This document shows positions 32,789-41,716 of a DNA stretch of 64,000 bases, piece after piece. Numbering within the stretch: the stretch's first letter is position 1; each line of letters begins with the position of its first letter. The position numbers were made by a program, and so were the translations under genes. Below the pieces are notes generated by a model. The model did no database searches. It worked only from the letters and a program-made list of their open reading frames with translations, and had not been told where the DNA came from. Source of the stretch: Chthonomonadales bacterium (GTDB taxonomy: Bacteria; Armatimonadota; Chthonomonadetes; Chthonomonadales; CAJBBX01). The DNA is taken from assembly GCA_037443035.1 (NCBI GenBank), contig JBBIPC010000006.1:64001-128000 (forward strand), given 5' to 3'.

Positions 32789-33844
32789 ATGCGTATCGGA
32801 GCGTACAGCGTAGCACCTTGGCGGTTCGGCGTAACGGTGCTACTCTGCCTGCTGGCAGGGTGTCGGTCCGGAGGTGGAGGCGAGACCCGACCGCCGGATC
32901 GCGGTCACCTCAAAGTGGCACTCGTCACCGATGCCGGCGGGATTGACGATCGTTCGTTCAATGCTGCCGCTTGGGAAGGCCTGAAGCGCGCGCAGCAGCA
33001 GTTCGGGATCGAGGCACGTTACCTGGAGAGCCGGGAGCAGAGTGATTACAAGAGCAACCTGGCCAATCTCGCTGATCAGGGCAATGCGCTGGTGGTGGCA
33101 GTCGGGTATCTCATGGAGGACGCGCTGAAGGAGGTCGCGCCTCGGTACCCCAGTACTCACTTTGTGATCATTGACGGTAGCGCGCCGCCATTACCGAACG
33201 CCATGGCTGTGAAGTTCCGCGAAGAGGAGGGCACCTTCCTGGCAGGCTACCTCGCAGGCGCGATGACGAAAACAGGTGCCATCGGTTTCGTTGGAGGCAT
33301 GGAAGGACCGCTCATCAAGAAGTTCGAGTGTGGCTACCGGTCTGGTGCCAAGACGGCGCGACCGGACATCCGCGTCATCGTCAAGTACATTGGTAGTTGG
33401 ACCGACGTCGCGAAGGGGAAGGAATACGCCCGTACGGCCATACAGCAAGGCGCCGATATCGTCATGCACGCCGCAGGCAAGGGCGGCTTGGGAGCACTCG
33501 ATGCGATGGCTGAAGCAGGGGACGGGTACTACGGTATCGGGGTAGACAAGGATCAGGACGGTGAGCACCCAGGCAGGATACTGACTAGCGTCATGAAGGG
33601 CGTGGACACTGCGGTGTTCGAGGCGGTACGGGAGCTTCGCGATGGCAAGTGGAAGGGTGGCGAGAAGATCCTCGGGCTGAAGGAAGGCGGTATCAAGCTG
33701 TCGCCCATGCAGTACACGCGGAAGAGTATCCCACCTTCCGTCCTGGCCAGGCTGGAGAAGGTGAAGCAACTCATCGCGGATGGCAAGTTGCAGGTACCGA
33801 AAACAGAGGAAGACGTGCAGGTCTTCACGCCTCCTACGTTATGA
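32789..33844 (+). CDS. BMP-family ABC substrate-binding lipoprotein
   Basis: Lipobox LAGC; GGIDDRSFN, FREEEGTFLAG, IGVDKDQ. Confidence 0.92.
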   Translation: MRIGAYSVAPWRFGVTVLLCLLAGCRSGGGGETRPPDRGHLKVALVTDAGGIDDRSFNAAAWEGLKRAQQQFGIEARYLESREQSDYKSNLANLADQGNALVVAVGYLMEDALKEVAPRYPSTHFVIIDGSAPPLPNAMAVKFREEEGTFLAGYLAGAMTKTGAIGFVGGMEGPLIKKFECGYRSGAKTARPDIRVIVKYIGSWTDVAKGKEYARTAIQQGADIVMHAAGKGGLGALDAMAEAGDGYYGIGVDKDQDGEHPGRILTSVMKGVDTAVFEAVRELRDGKWKGGEKILGLKEGGIKLSPMQYTRKSIPPSVLARLEKVKQLIADGKLQVPKTEEDVQVFTPPTL

Positions 33845-33921
33845 GAAAGGTAGCAAGAGGTAGTGCCGTGCTGGATGGTTCGCGCCGTCCGCCACTCCCA
33901 GGCTCCGACCGGAAATAGGTC

Positions 33922-34944
33922 CTAGTTCGGCCCGACGGCGACGGCTGTTATGCTGCCCTCGTGCGAGCTGACACGTCGCACCACCGACAGATCGGAAGCA
34001 CTCCAATAGCGCAGGGCACTGTCGGCACCGCCGGTCACAAGTATCTTCCCATCCCGGCTCCACGCGAGACACAGGATCTGCTTGTCGAGTAACTTGGAGA
34101 CCAGTTCAGCGACGCCCTTACCGGTTACAGTGTAGACGCGAATGCGACCGTCAGTACCTGCTGTTGCAAGGAGCTGTCCGTCTACCGTGCCGGCCAGCGC
34201 AGCCAGCGACTTGTCATTCGTGCGGTGGCGGGAGGCCAGCGCAAAATCCCCTGCCGTCCACACTTTCACATAGCCGTCAGCAGCGCCGCTGATCAGGGAT
34301 CGGCCATCTTTCGTCCACACCAGCCCAGTGATGGCTTCATCATGGCCGACGATGCTGGCTGCCTGAGACCCGTCGTCGCGCCATACCTGTATGACACGGT
34401 CGTCGCCTCCCGAGGCCAGCATTTTCCCGTCTGGGCTCCATGCCAGCGCCCGAACACCTCGGGTGTGAGCGTGGATCGTTCGAACGAGCTTCCCCTTTTC
34501 GTAGTCCCACAACTTCACCATGCCGTCCGCGCCGCCTGAGGCCAGAAGGGTGCCGTCTTCGCGCAACGCCAGAGCCACCACAGCTCCGTCATGAGCATCC
34601 AGGGTGTTCTCCAGGGAGCCATCGTCTACGTTCCACACCTTGACGGTTCCATCCGCGCCGCCTGAGATGATCCGACGCCCATCGTTGCTGAAGAGGAGGG
34701 CGTGTACGGCACCCTCGTGGGCGAGGAACGAGAACGTCTCGACTCCAGCGGTATTGTAGGTCTTGATCGTCTTGTCCGCACCGCCAGATGCCACAGGGGG
34801 ATACTGAGCGAAAGATGCTTCCATCAACGATACGACAAGCATGGTGGCGGCGGACACCACCCACGCGCGCCTAGCGAAGTGGCATCTGGTCATCCGCGGA
34901 TACATGCGAGTTCTGTGCATCATTCTGAGCGACGCGGCAGCCAA
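33922..34944 (-). CDS. WD40-repeat beta-propeller protein (start uncertain)
   Basis: Repeated AH...V.AL...DG..LASGGADG.VK.W units. Confidence 0.9.
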   Translation of the reverse strand: MAAASLRMMHRTRMYPRMTRCHFARRAWVVSAATMLVVSLMEASFAQYPPVASGGADKTIKTYNTAGVETFSFLAHEGAVHALLFSNDGRRIISGGADGTVKVWNVDDGSLENTLDAHDGAVVALALREDGTLLASGGADGMVKLWDYEKGKLVRTIHAHTRGVRALAWSPDGKMLASGGDDRVIQVWRDDGSQAASIVGHDEAITGLVWTKDGRSLISGAADGYVKVWTAGDFALASRHRTNDKSLAALAGTVDGQLLATAGTDGRIRVYTVTGKGVAELVSKLLDKQILCLAWSRDGKILVTGGADSALRYWSASDLSVVRRVSSHEGSITAVAVGPN

Positions 34945-34994
34945 GGAACCGGTTCCCGACCAGTAACGTATCAGGGAGCTCCATCGTCCTATTC

Positions 34995-35084
34995 AGTGTA
35001 CAAAGAAGCGACCCGCTTGTCAACATCACTCGTTCTAAGCGCTGAAGGATAAGCGTTGACAGGAGAGGAAGGCTATGCTACACT
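34995..35084. promoter_or_regulatory. Back-to-back divergent sigma70 promoters
   Basis: TTGACA-17-TACACT on minus (35023-34995) and on plus (35056-35084). Confidence 0.7.
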
Positions 35085-35122
35085 GCTGGTGTAGTGCGCT
35101 ATTCGCCAGGAAGGAGTCTTCC

Positions 35123-36751
35123 ATGCACATGAGAGCCACGCTGTCCGTTCTGGGCAGCCTCCTACTGTGTCTCGGGATGACAGCCCGGACTTCAGCTCAG
35201 AACACCGCTCCGTTTTCGATCCGGTTTCCACCAGACGGGGCGACGGTCCGGGAGAAAGTGCCCATCCGTGTTCCTTTGGCGAGCATTCCGGACGGCGCAT
35301 ACGTGGCATTCAGTATTGATGGTCAGTTCCGGGTAGCGCTGGCACCGACGGATGAACAACGTACCAAGGCCGAGCCGGGCGCCATGTTCGAGTACATCTG
35401 GGATACGAAAGAGCGCGTGCGCGTCCTCGGCACGAACCGCGTGGAGGCGCCCTCCGACGGACCCCATAAGATCAGCGCGGTGCTGTACGTTCCTAAGAGC
35501 GGTCCTGCAGGTGGGGCCACCGCAGCTGAGACGAGCGAGGTCAACGTCACCCTCGCCAACAAGATCGCAACCGATCCAGGGCCCATAGCGCTGCGGTACC
35601 GCTACGAGGATGGCTCCAACCGGACGTACAACCGGTCGGGTACGACGGTGATCGTGGGGGGCGTGACTCAGGGATTGACGGCCACCGGCGATGTGGAGCT
35701 CGTGGGACAGAACAGCGATCTGCTGCTGGCGGTAGAAGATGTGTATCAGAACGGCAACGCCATCGTTCGCAACCGCCTGACCCGGCTGGCTGTGAAGCAG
35801 TACGGACAGGAGGTCGTGTACCCTCAGGAATACCTGCCCAAGTCCATCTACCAGGAGCTGGATCCGCTGGGTATTGTCCACTATCCTCCACAAGAGCGCC
35901 TGGCGACGGACGCATTCTATGAGGCGGGTATTCCCGTCAGCACGACCCTGGACTTGCCGATCCTGCCGCGGCACGAAGTGCGCGTGGGTGATACGTGGGA
36001 CACGCCGGGCGTGGTGCTCGATATTCCAGGCACATCCCCCGACAAGCAGCCGAAGGTCACAGTGAAGAGCACACTCGAAGGTCTGGAGTGGGAAGGCAAC
36101 CACCAGACAGCCAAGATCGTGCAAACCTACAACGGAGCGCTCAAGGAAAAGTCCTTGGTCTTCGGCAACATGCTCATCGAGAACCCAACAGTGGACTTCA
36201 AACGCGTGATCTACCTGTCGTACCGGTCCGGTACGCTCGTAAAGATCGAGCGGACTCTGGAGGTTGCGGGCACGACCAGCGAGACGATCAGTCCCGCCGT
36301 CGGCGGGGCAGCCGGTATGAGCGCTCCAGGGGGTCCCATGATGGGTGGCATGAGCGCCCCCGGTGGCATGAGCATCGGCGCTCCGCCGATGATGGGATCG
36401 GGCGGAATGTCTGGTCCCCCGCTCATGATGGGCGGTATGGGTGGTTCCAGCATGCCGTATCTGGGACCTGGCGGCATGGGTGGTATACCCGGACCTGGCG
36501 AAGGTCGCGAAGGGCCCGGGGGATCGGGTTCGCCCAGAATGGGAGGCAGGCTCGGAGGCCGCACAGGTGGCCGGCTGGGCGGCTTGACAGGTCCTCCCAC
36601 AATGGGTAGCGGAGGGATGACCGGACCCATGGGCGGCTACGTGGGTGGTATGCGCGGCATGGCCGGCATGGGAACCGGCGTCTCGAAACAGAAGATCACC
36701 CTTCGATCCACGACCATCACGGAGCTGAAGCCCGAGAAGCCTGCTTCGTAA
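35123..36751 (+). CDS. Secreted beta-rich hypothetical protein with a Gly/Met/Pro-rich insertion
   Basis: Signal peptide, Ig-like N-domain (FPPDGATV...YIWDT...DGPHKI), low-complexity segment near the C-terminus; AAGGAG RBS. Confidence 0.8.
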   Translation: MHMRATLSVLGSLLLCLGMTARTSAQNTAPFSIRFPPDGATVREKVPIRVPLASIPDGAYVAFSIDGQFRVALAPTDEQRTKAEPGAMFEYIWDTKERVRVLGTNRVEAPSDGPHKISAVLYVPKSGPAGGATAAETSEVNVTLANKIATDPGPIALRYRYEDGSNRTYNRSGTTVIVGGVTQGLTATGDVELVGQNSDLLLAVEDVYQNGNAIVRNRLTRLAVKQYGQEVVYPQEYLPKSIYQELDPLGIVHYPPQERLATDAFYEAGIPVSTTLDLPILPRHEVRVGDTWDTPGVVLDIPGTSPDKQPKVTVKSTLEGLEWEGNHQTAKIVQTYNGALKEKSLVFGNMLIENPTVDFKRVIYLSYRSGTLVKIERTLEVAGTTSETISPAVGGAAGMSAPGGPMMGGMSAPGGMSIGAPPMMGSGGMSGPPLMMGGMGGSSMPYLGPGGMGGIPGPGEGREGPGGSGSPRMGGRLGGRTGGRLGGLTGPPTMGSGGMTGPMGGYVGGMRGMAGMGTGVSKQKITLRSTTITELKPEKPAS

Positions 36752-36937
36752 GAACGACATTTCCCTCGCCGATTCCGTGAAGCGCGCCCTCCTCGTTACC
36801 CTGAAGAGGGGGTGGGGAGGGCGCTGTTGCATTGTCCCCAGCAGCGTCGCCGATGCGGAAGCCCCGAACCTAGAGGGCCCTGGGAAGCTGGGTATAATGC
36901 TGCCCAGTCAGACAGAAGGTCTGGCGACACCGAAGTC

Positions 36938-37741
36938 ATGTCCCCGCTCTTCAAACGACGACCCGCCGAAGAAGACGAAGACAAGCGCATGGAGCTCAGC
37001 GAGCACCTTGCCGAGCTCCGTGCACGTATCATCCGGTCCATCCTCTACGTGGTGTTCGGCTCCATCGTGGCGGCCTTCTTCGTTCAGCCGATCTATCGAT
37101 TCTTCTACCAGCCCATGGCAAGCGCCCTCAGACACGGCAACGTCGAGTTCAAGATCGCCTTCACCCACTTCACCGAGCCGTTTTTCGTGGTCTTGCAGAT
37201 CTGCGTGGTCAGTGGTCTGATCCTGACGTCCCCATTGGTCATCCTGGAGTTGTGGGGGTTCGTTCGCCCAGCGCTGACCCGTGAGGAGCGCAGGCCGCTT
37301 CGGTGGATCGTACCGATGTCGGTCGGCCTGTTCGTTGCAGGCGTCTCGCTCGCGTATTGGGTGTCCACCTACGCCATGCGGTGGTTCCTCGGATACGTGA
37401 ACTTCTTCCCGACCGCCGTGCTCTACCAGGGGCCGAAGACCTATGTTGTCTTCGTGTTGAAACTCATGGCGGTCTTCGGCATCGTGTTTCAGTTACCCTT
37501 GGCCTTGATGTTCCTTGCTTGGGTCGGTCTCCTGAAGTCGGAGTCCATGAGACGCTCCTGGCGTCATGCGATTGTCGGTATCTCGTTTGTAGGGTTGCTG
37601 GTAACTCCCAGCAACGACGCATTCACCATGCTGATGATGATTTTTCCCGTGTTCGTGCTTTATCTAGGCAGCATTTGGTTGGTACGACTAGTGGAGAGGG
37701 CGCGTGAACGGAAGACCTCGCGAAGCCAGACTGTCGCCTAA
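36938..37741 (+). CDS. tatC: Twin-arginine translocase subunit TatC
   Basis: HLAELRARI, FVRPAL...ERR, FGIVFQLP, TPSND, LYLGSI. Confidence 0.95.
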   Translation: MSPLFKRRPAEEDEDKRMELSEHLAELRARIIRSILYVVFGSIVAAFFVQPIYRFFYQPMASALRHGNVEFKIAFTHFTEPFFVVLQICVVSGLILTSPLVILELWGFVRPALTREERRPLRWIVPMSVGLFVAGVSLAYWVSTYAMRWFLGYVNFFPTAVLYQGPKTYVVFVLKLMAVFGIVFQLPLALMFLAWVGLLKSESMRRSWRHAIVGISFVGLLVTPSNDAFTMLMMIFPVFVLYLGSIWLVRLVERARERKTSRSQTVA

Positions 37742-37883
37742 CGCTGGGCGCTACTGGTTGGCAGCAGCCCTGTTCGCGCTGCTCATTGCGGCTGCGATAT
37801 GGGCTGGTTGGTACTCGCCGTGGGCAAGATTGCCCGCGCAGGTGGAGACGCAAGTCAGGGTCGTGCGCTAAGGGGGTGGGAGA

Positions 37884-38978
37884 GTGCGCGCAGGGCTGAT
37901 TGGCCTGCCAGGATGTGGCAAGACTTCCGTCTTCAATGCGGTGACGCGATCCGATGCGCCGATCCATGCCTACGAGGCCCACAGTGATCGCACCTATACC
38001 GCCGTCGTTGCAGTGCCGGACCCTCGCTACGACAAGGCGGTTTCCATCTGCCAGCCGAAGAAGCAAGTTCCTGCAACACTGGAGATCGTTGACGGGGCGG
38101 CACGCATCGAAGCGCATGAGCGTGGGCACTCGTTCGGCACCGACTTCTTCGCTGGCGTCCGGAACATGGATGCCCTTGTTCTCGTGCTGCGTGGCTTCGT
38201 AAATCTCCTGGTTGCTCCAGAGGGCGGTGCAGATCCTGTCCGCGATGCAGAGACTGTTCTGCAGGAGCTTGTGTTGGCGGATCTGGTTGTGCTGGAGGGA
38301 CGGCTGGAGCGTCTTCAGAAGGCCAAGACTTCACGTCGGCAGACGGCGGTCGGCGCAGGTGAAGAAGAGGCTGTCCGCTCCTTGAAGGATCGGCTGGAAG
38401 GCTCCCAGTCACTGCGAACGGCGCAGATGACCCCCGACGAGGAGAAGTACGCTCGGGCGTTCGGCCTCGTAAGCGCCAAACCGCTCATCCTGGTGCTCAA
38501 TATCGCCGAGGCCGACATCGGTCACGAGACACCCCAGGTTCTTGAGACCAGGACGTATGCCCAGAGGATGGGAGTGCCGCTGATCGTGCTGTGTGCGTCA
38601 CTTGAGGCGGAAATCGCGCGGATGGAGCCCGCAGAAGAGTCAGAGTTCCTCGAAGCGATGGGTATAGCCGAGTCTGCGCGAGATGCCCTCATTCGTGTGG
38701 TGTATTCGCATATGGGCCTGATCAGCTTCCTGACAGTGGGCTCGGACGAGGTACGTGCCTGGACCGTCCGCAAAGGCACTACGGCTCTGGGTGCAGCAGA
38801 GAAGGTCCATACGGACTTGGCGCGCTCGTTCATTCGTGCGGAGGTCATGGACTTTGCAGACTTCGAGCGATTCGGCGGATGGGACGCTGCACGAGCCGCA
38901 GGTAAGATGCGTCTCGAAGGCAAGGACTATATCGTGAAGGATGGCGAAATCGTCCACATCCGCGCATCTCGCGGCTAG
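37884..38978 (+). CDS. YchF/DUF933-family P-loop NTPase (divergent paralogue)
   Basis: GLPGCGKT, VPDPR, EVRAWT, HTDLARSFIRAEV, RLEGKDYIVKDG. Confidence 0.88.
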   Translation: MRAGLIGLPGCGKTSVFNAVTRSDAPIHAYEAHSDRTYTAVVAVPDPRYDKAVSICQPKKQVPATLEIVDGAARIEAHERGHSFGTDFFAGVRNMDALVLVLRGFVNLLVAPEGGADPVRDAETVLQELVLADLVVLEGRLERLQKAKTSRRQTAVGAGEEEAVRSLKDRLEGSQSLRTAQMTPDEEKYARAFGLVSAKPLILVLNIAEADIGHETPQVLETRTYAQRMGVPLIVLCASLEAEIARMEPAEESEFLEAMGIAESARDALIRVVYSHMGLISFLTVGSDEVRAWTVRKGTTALGAAEKVHTDLARSFIRAEVMDFADFERFGGWDAARAAGKMRLEGKDYIVKDGEIVHIRASRG

Positions 38979-39015
38979 TGCATCGAGACGGTAACGTAGT
39001 ATAATGCGACTCCAG

Positions 39016-39086
39016 TGGGGGATCGTCCAGCGGCAGGACAGCGGCCTTTGGAGCCGTTAACCCAGGTTCGAATCCTGGTCCCCCAG
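39016..39086 (+). tRNA. tRNA-Gln (TTG), CCA not encoded
   Basis: Cloverleaf TGGGGGA/TCCCCCA, GTCC/GGAC, GCGGC-CTTTGGA-GCCGT, CCAGG-TTCGAAT-CCTGG; TATAAT at 39000-39005. Confidence 0.96.
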
Positions 39087-39092
39087 TCGGAT

Positions 39093-39120
39093 GGCGGGAG
39101 GCCGAGCGCTGCCTCCCGCC
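39093..39120 (+). terminator. Hairpin after tRNA-Gln
   Basis: GGCGGGAGGC-8-GCCTCCCGCC, perfect 10-bp stem. Confidence 0.65.
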
Positions 39121-39172
39121 GTGTTCATTATCCAGTGATTGTCACTGCCTTCGGCATATCTGCCAGCGGCAG

Positions 39173-39985
39173 TCAGTCATTGGGAACCCGCCAATCGTCC
39201 TGGGTGACAGGACCTTCGTCCGGCGGCGGCAACATACCGAGACGCACCATATGATCATGCAGCGCCTGCGTACCGAGTATCGCCCAAAGTGCGGGAACGG
39301 CCAGCACAAGACCAATGCCGGTGGCGCTCAAAACCAGCATCGTGAGTAGCATGACGAGTGCCAAACCGGCGGTATATGCCGGCGCCCCGAGGAAGAGAAC
39401 GAAGCCGTTCCTCAGCACGTGGCGCAGCGAGGGGCCGCTGCTCCCCTCCGCAGGAGGTATCAGCCCTTCTTGTGCTGCAGTCAGAAGGGGCCAGTGATAC
39501 AGCGAGTTGAGTAACCAGAGAGCGAACAAGTAGCCGAAAACTACGGCAAGGAACGCGCCGACTGTAGATCTCCAGGCCACGTAGAACCACATGTTGCCCA
39601 GGCAGATCGCGCTGACGGCAACTTGCGTGACGACCAGCCCCAAAGCTTGCACGAAATCCCTCGCGGGTACGCGAGCGACCTCATCCAGCACGACCTCGTT
39701 TCGATGGACGACGGCTCGGGCCAAGCGGTGAACGGCTGTGGCCATATACGTCATCAGCAGACCGACAGATAATGCCGTGAGGATCGTGCCCCAGGGCTGT
39801 GCGAACCGTCCCAGCAAGCCGAGACGCTGACACAACCCAAGAACGCCCATTACCGATGCGACACTCACCGCGCTGGCGAGGCATGCCAGACCGAGACGGT
39901 CCCACCACGCCACGATTGCTCGGCGCAGGGTTCTACCTAGCCTGAGCCTCGCTGGTCCGTCTAGAGTGTCGGTCCCAGGTCCCAT
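39173..39985 (-). CDS. Integral membrane protein (DUF624/YesV-like)
   Basis: Several TM helices; NMWFY, YHWPLL, LRNGFVL. Confidence 0.65.
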   Translation of the reverse strand: MGPGTDTLDGPARLRLGRTLRRAIVAWWDRLGLACLASAVSVASVMGVLGLCQRLGLLGRFAQPWGTILTALSVGLLMTYMATAVHRLARAVVHRNEVVLDEVARVPARDFVQALGLVVTQVAVSAICLGNMWFYVAWRSTVGAFLAVVFGYLFALWLLNSLYHWPLLTAAQEGLIPPAEGSSGPSLRHVLRNGFVLFLGAPAYTAGLALVMLLTMLVLSATGIGLVLAVPALWAILGTQALHDHMVRLGMLPPPDEGPVTQDDWRVPND

Positions 39986-41511
39986 GGCGCGAATGTGTGG
40001 TCACCCAGAGCCTGCTGCTCACCACAGGTGCGTTGCCCCGATGCAACGGAGACGATCAGACCGGCCAATTGCCGCGCAGCGACCTCCATGGGCACAGTCC
40101 GGAGGATCCTGCCCGCATCGAAGTCCATGTCATCCGGCATACGCTCGAAGAGATCGCTCGTGGATGCGATCTTGACAATCGGCACCGGGCCAAACGCAAG
40201 ACATGATCCCCGTCCTGTGGTGAAGGCGATTAGGTTGCATCCGCCAGCAACCAGGCCGGTTACCGAGACATCGTCCATGCCAGGAGTGTCCATGAATGAC
40301 AGGCCGGAACTCCGGACAGGCTGCGCATACTCCAGCACGTCTTTCAGTACCGTGTTGCCGGCCTTTGCCACGGCTCCCAGGGCTTTCTCGTAGACGGTGG
40401 TGATACCACCTTCCTTGTTGCCAGGCGCAGGGTTGTTGTCAATACTTGCATCGTGCCGAGCCGTGTACTGTTCCCACCAACGCATGACTGCGTCGAGACG
40501 ATGTGCCACGGCGGCATTTGCTGCTCTGGCCCTGAGGAGATGGTCGGCACCGTACGTCTCCGGGCTCTCCCCGAGCACCCACGCGGCACCGGCCCGGACA
40601 AACATGTCCCCAACATAGCCCAGCAACGGGTTCGCCGTGATACCCGAATATGCATCGGACCCGCCGCACTCGGTGCCGACGATGAGGTCGCTGAGAGGTA
40701 CCGAGCTGCGCCGCGCCAAGTTAACCTCTTGGAGCAGGGCAGTGACCTCGTCAATGCCGCGCCGGATGGCCGGCCCAACACCCCCGACCTCTTGAATCCC
40801 AAGCATTCGGGTAGGCACACCCGATGCTGCAGCATCTCGCGCGATAACGTCTGCCTGCATGACCTCACAGCCCAGTCCGATGATGAGCACGCCGCCGACA
40901 TTCGGGTGGGCAGCGATGCCGCTCAGGCAACGGCGCAGCACCTCGTAAGATGCCCCGCCGATCGGGATCCCGCATCCTCCCTTGTGGGTGATCGGGTAGA
41001 TACCATCCACGTTGCGAAAATCCTCGGCGACCCTGGGACGCAGGCGCTCGACGATCGCATGGGCAACATCCGCTGAGCAATTGACTGTGGAGATCACGAG
41101 CACGCAATTGCGGGTGCCGGCGTGGCCGTGCCGCCTGCGATAGCCATGGAACGTCCTGGTGGGCAGCTCCCAGGTCGCCTCCTGCGAGGGGCCGGCCGTG
41201 TACGCGTCCCGATTCACGGCGCCCGCCACCAGATTCTGTGTGTGCACATGGCTTCCCGCGGGAATGGCGGTGGTCGCGTATCCTACGATCCAACCGTACT
41301 TGCGCACAGCCTCGCCTGCTGCAATGTCGCGGAGCGCGAACTTGTGCCCGGCCGGAACGAACTGGACTAGAGTCAACTGTGTGTCCGAGAGATGCACTGT
41401 CTCCCCGGGCCCAATATCGCGCAGGGCGACAGCGACATCGTCCTGAGGGGCGAGGCGCAAGACGTCTCGATACGGCATGTGCGATGGTTCAGCTGTTTGA
41501 CACGACGACAT
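39961..41511 (-). CDS. UxaA/GarD-family sugar-acid dehydratase with SAF domain
   Basis: DDVAVAL, PAGHKFAL, HVHTQN, ECGGSDAYSG, NPAPGNKEGG, FTTGRG; start 41511 or 41478. Confidence 0.92.
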   Translation of the reverse strand: MSSCQTAEPSHMPYRDVLRLAPQDDVAVALRDIGPGETVHLSDTQLTLVQFVPAGHKFALRDIAAGEAVRKYGWIVGYATTAIPAGSHVHTQNLVAGAVNRDAYTAGPSQEATWELPTRTFHGYRRRHGHAGTRNCVLVISTVNCSADVAHAIVERLRPRVAEDFRNVDGIYPITHKGGCGIPIGGASYEVLRRCLSGIAAHPNVGGVLIIGLGCEVMQADVIARDAAASGVPTRMLGIQEVGGVGPAIRRGIDEVTALLQEVNLARRSSVPLSDLIVGTECGGSDAYSGITANPLLGYVGDMFVRAGAAWVLGESPETYGADHLLRARAANAAVAHRLDAVMRWWEQYTARHDASIDNNPAPGNKEGGITTVYEKALGAVAKAGNTVLKDVLEYAQPVRSSGLSFMDTPGMDDVSVTGLVAGGCNLIAFTTGRGSCLAFGPVPIVKIASTSDLFERMPDDMDFDAGRILRTVPMEVAARQLAGLIVSVASGQRTCGEQQALGDHTFAPWDLGPTL

Positions 41512-41525
41512 GACGGAAGTATACT
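41497..41525. promoter_or_regulatory. Bidirectional promoter with palindromic -10 (AGTATACT)
   Basis: Plus: TTGACA(41497)-17-TATACT(41520); minus: TATACT 6 nt before ATG 41511. Confidence 0.7.
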
Positions 41526-41716
41526 CTCCGTTTGGCGCCAATCACCGCACGAGCGTTCGGCCCAGAGTGCCTTCGTTACATGTTGCACGTGGCTCGCCGC
41601 CGCGATCCTGCAGTGTGCAGGCATGGAATGCGTTCCGTCGAACACGAGCTTGTGCAATGTCGCGTGCACAACGGGAGCCACGACAAACGCCCTGATTGAT
41701 TTCAAGACGGTATAAG

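Noticed and set aside
35192..36832. 546-aa minus-strand ORF (also 14662-15930, 31554-32618, 47939-49357)
   Set aside because: Antisense shadows of real genes, expected in GC-rich DNA; no motifs
39016..39200. tRNA-Gln as an island integration site
   Set aside because: No integrase nearby and no duplicated tRNA 3' end seen
41532..41716. Canonical c-di-AMP (ydaO) riboswitch or tRNA
   Set aside because: Hallmark ydaO nucleotides and a TTCGA T-loop not seen; kept only as an unknown structured leader
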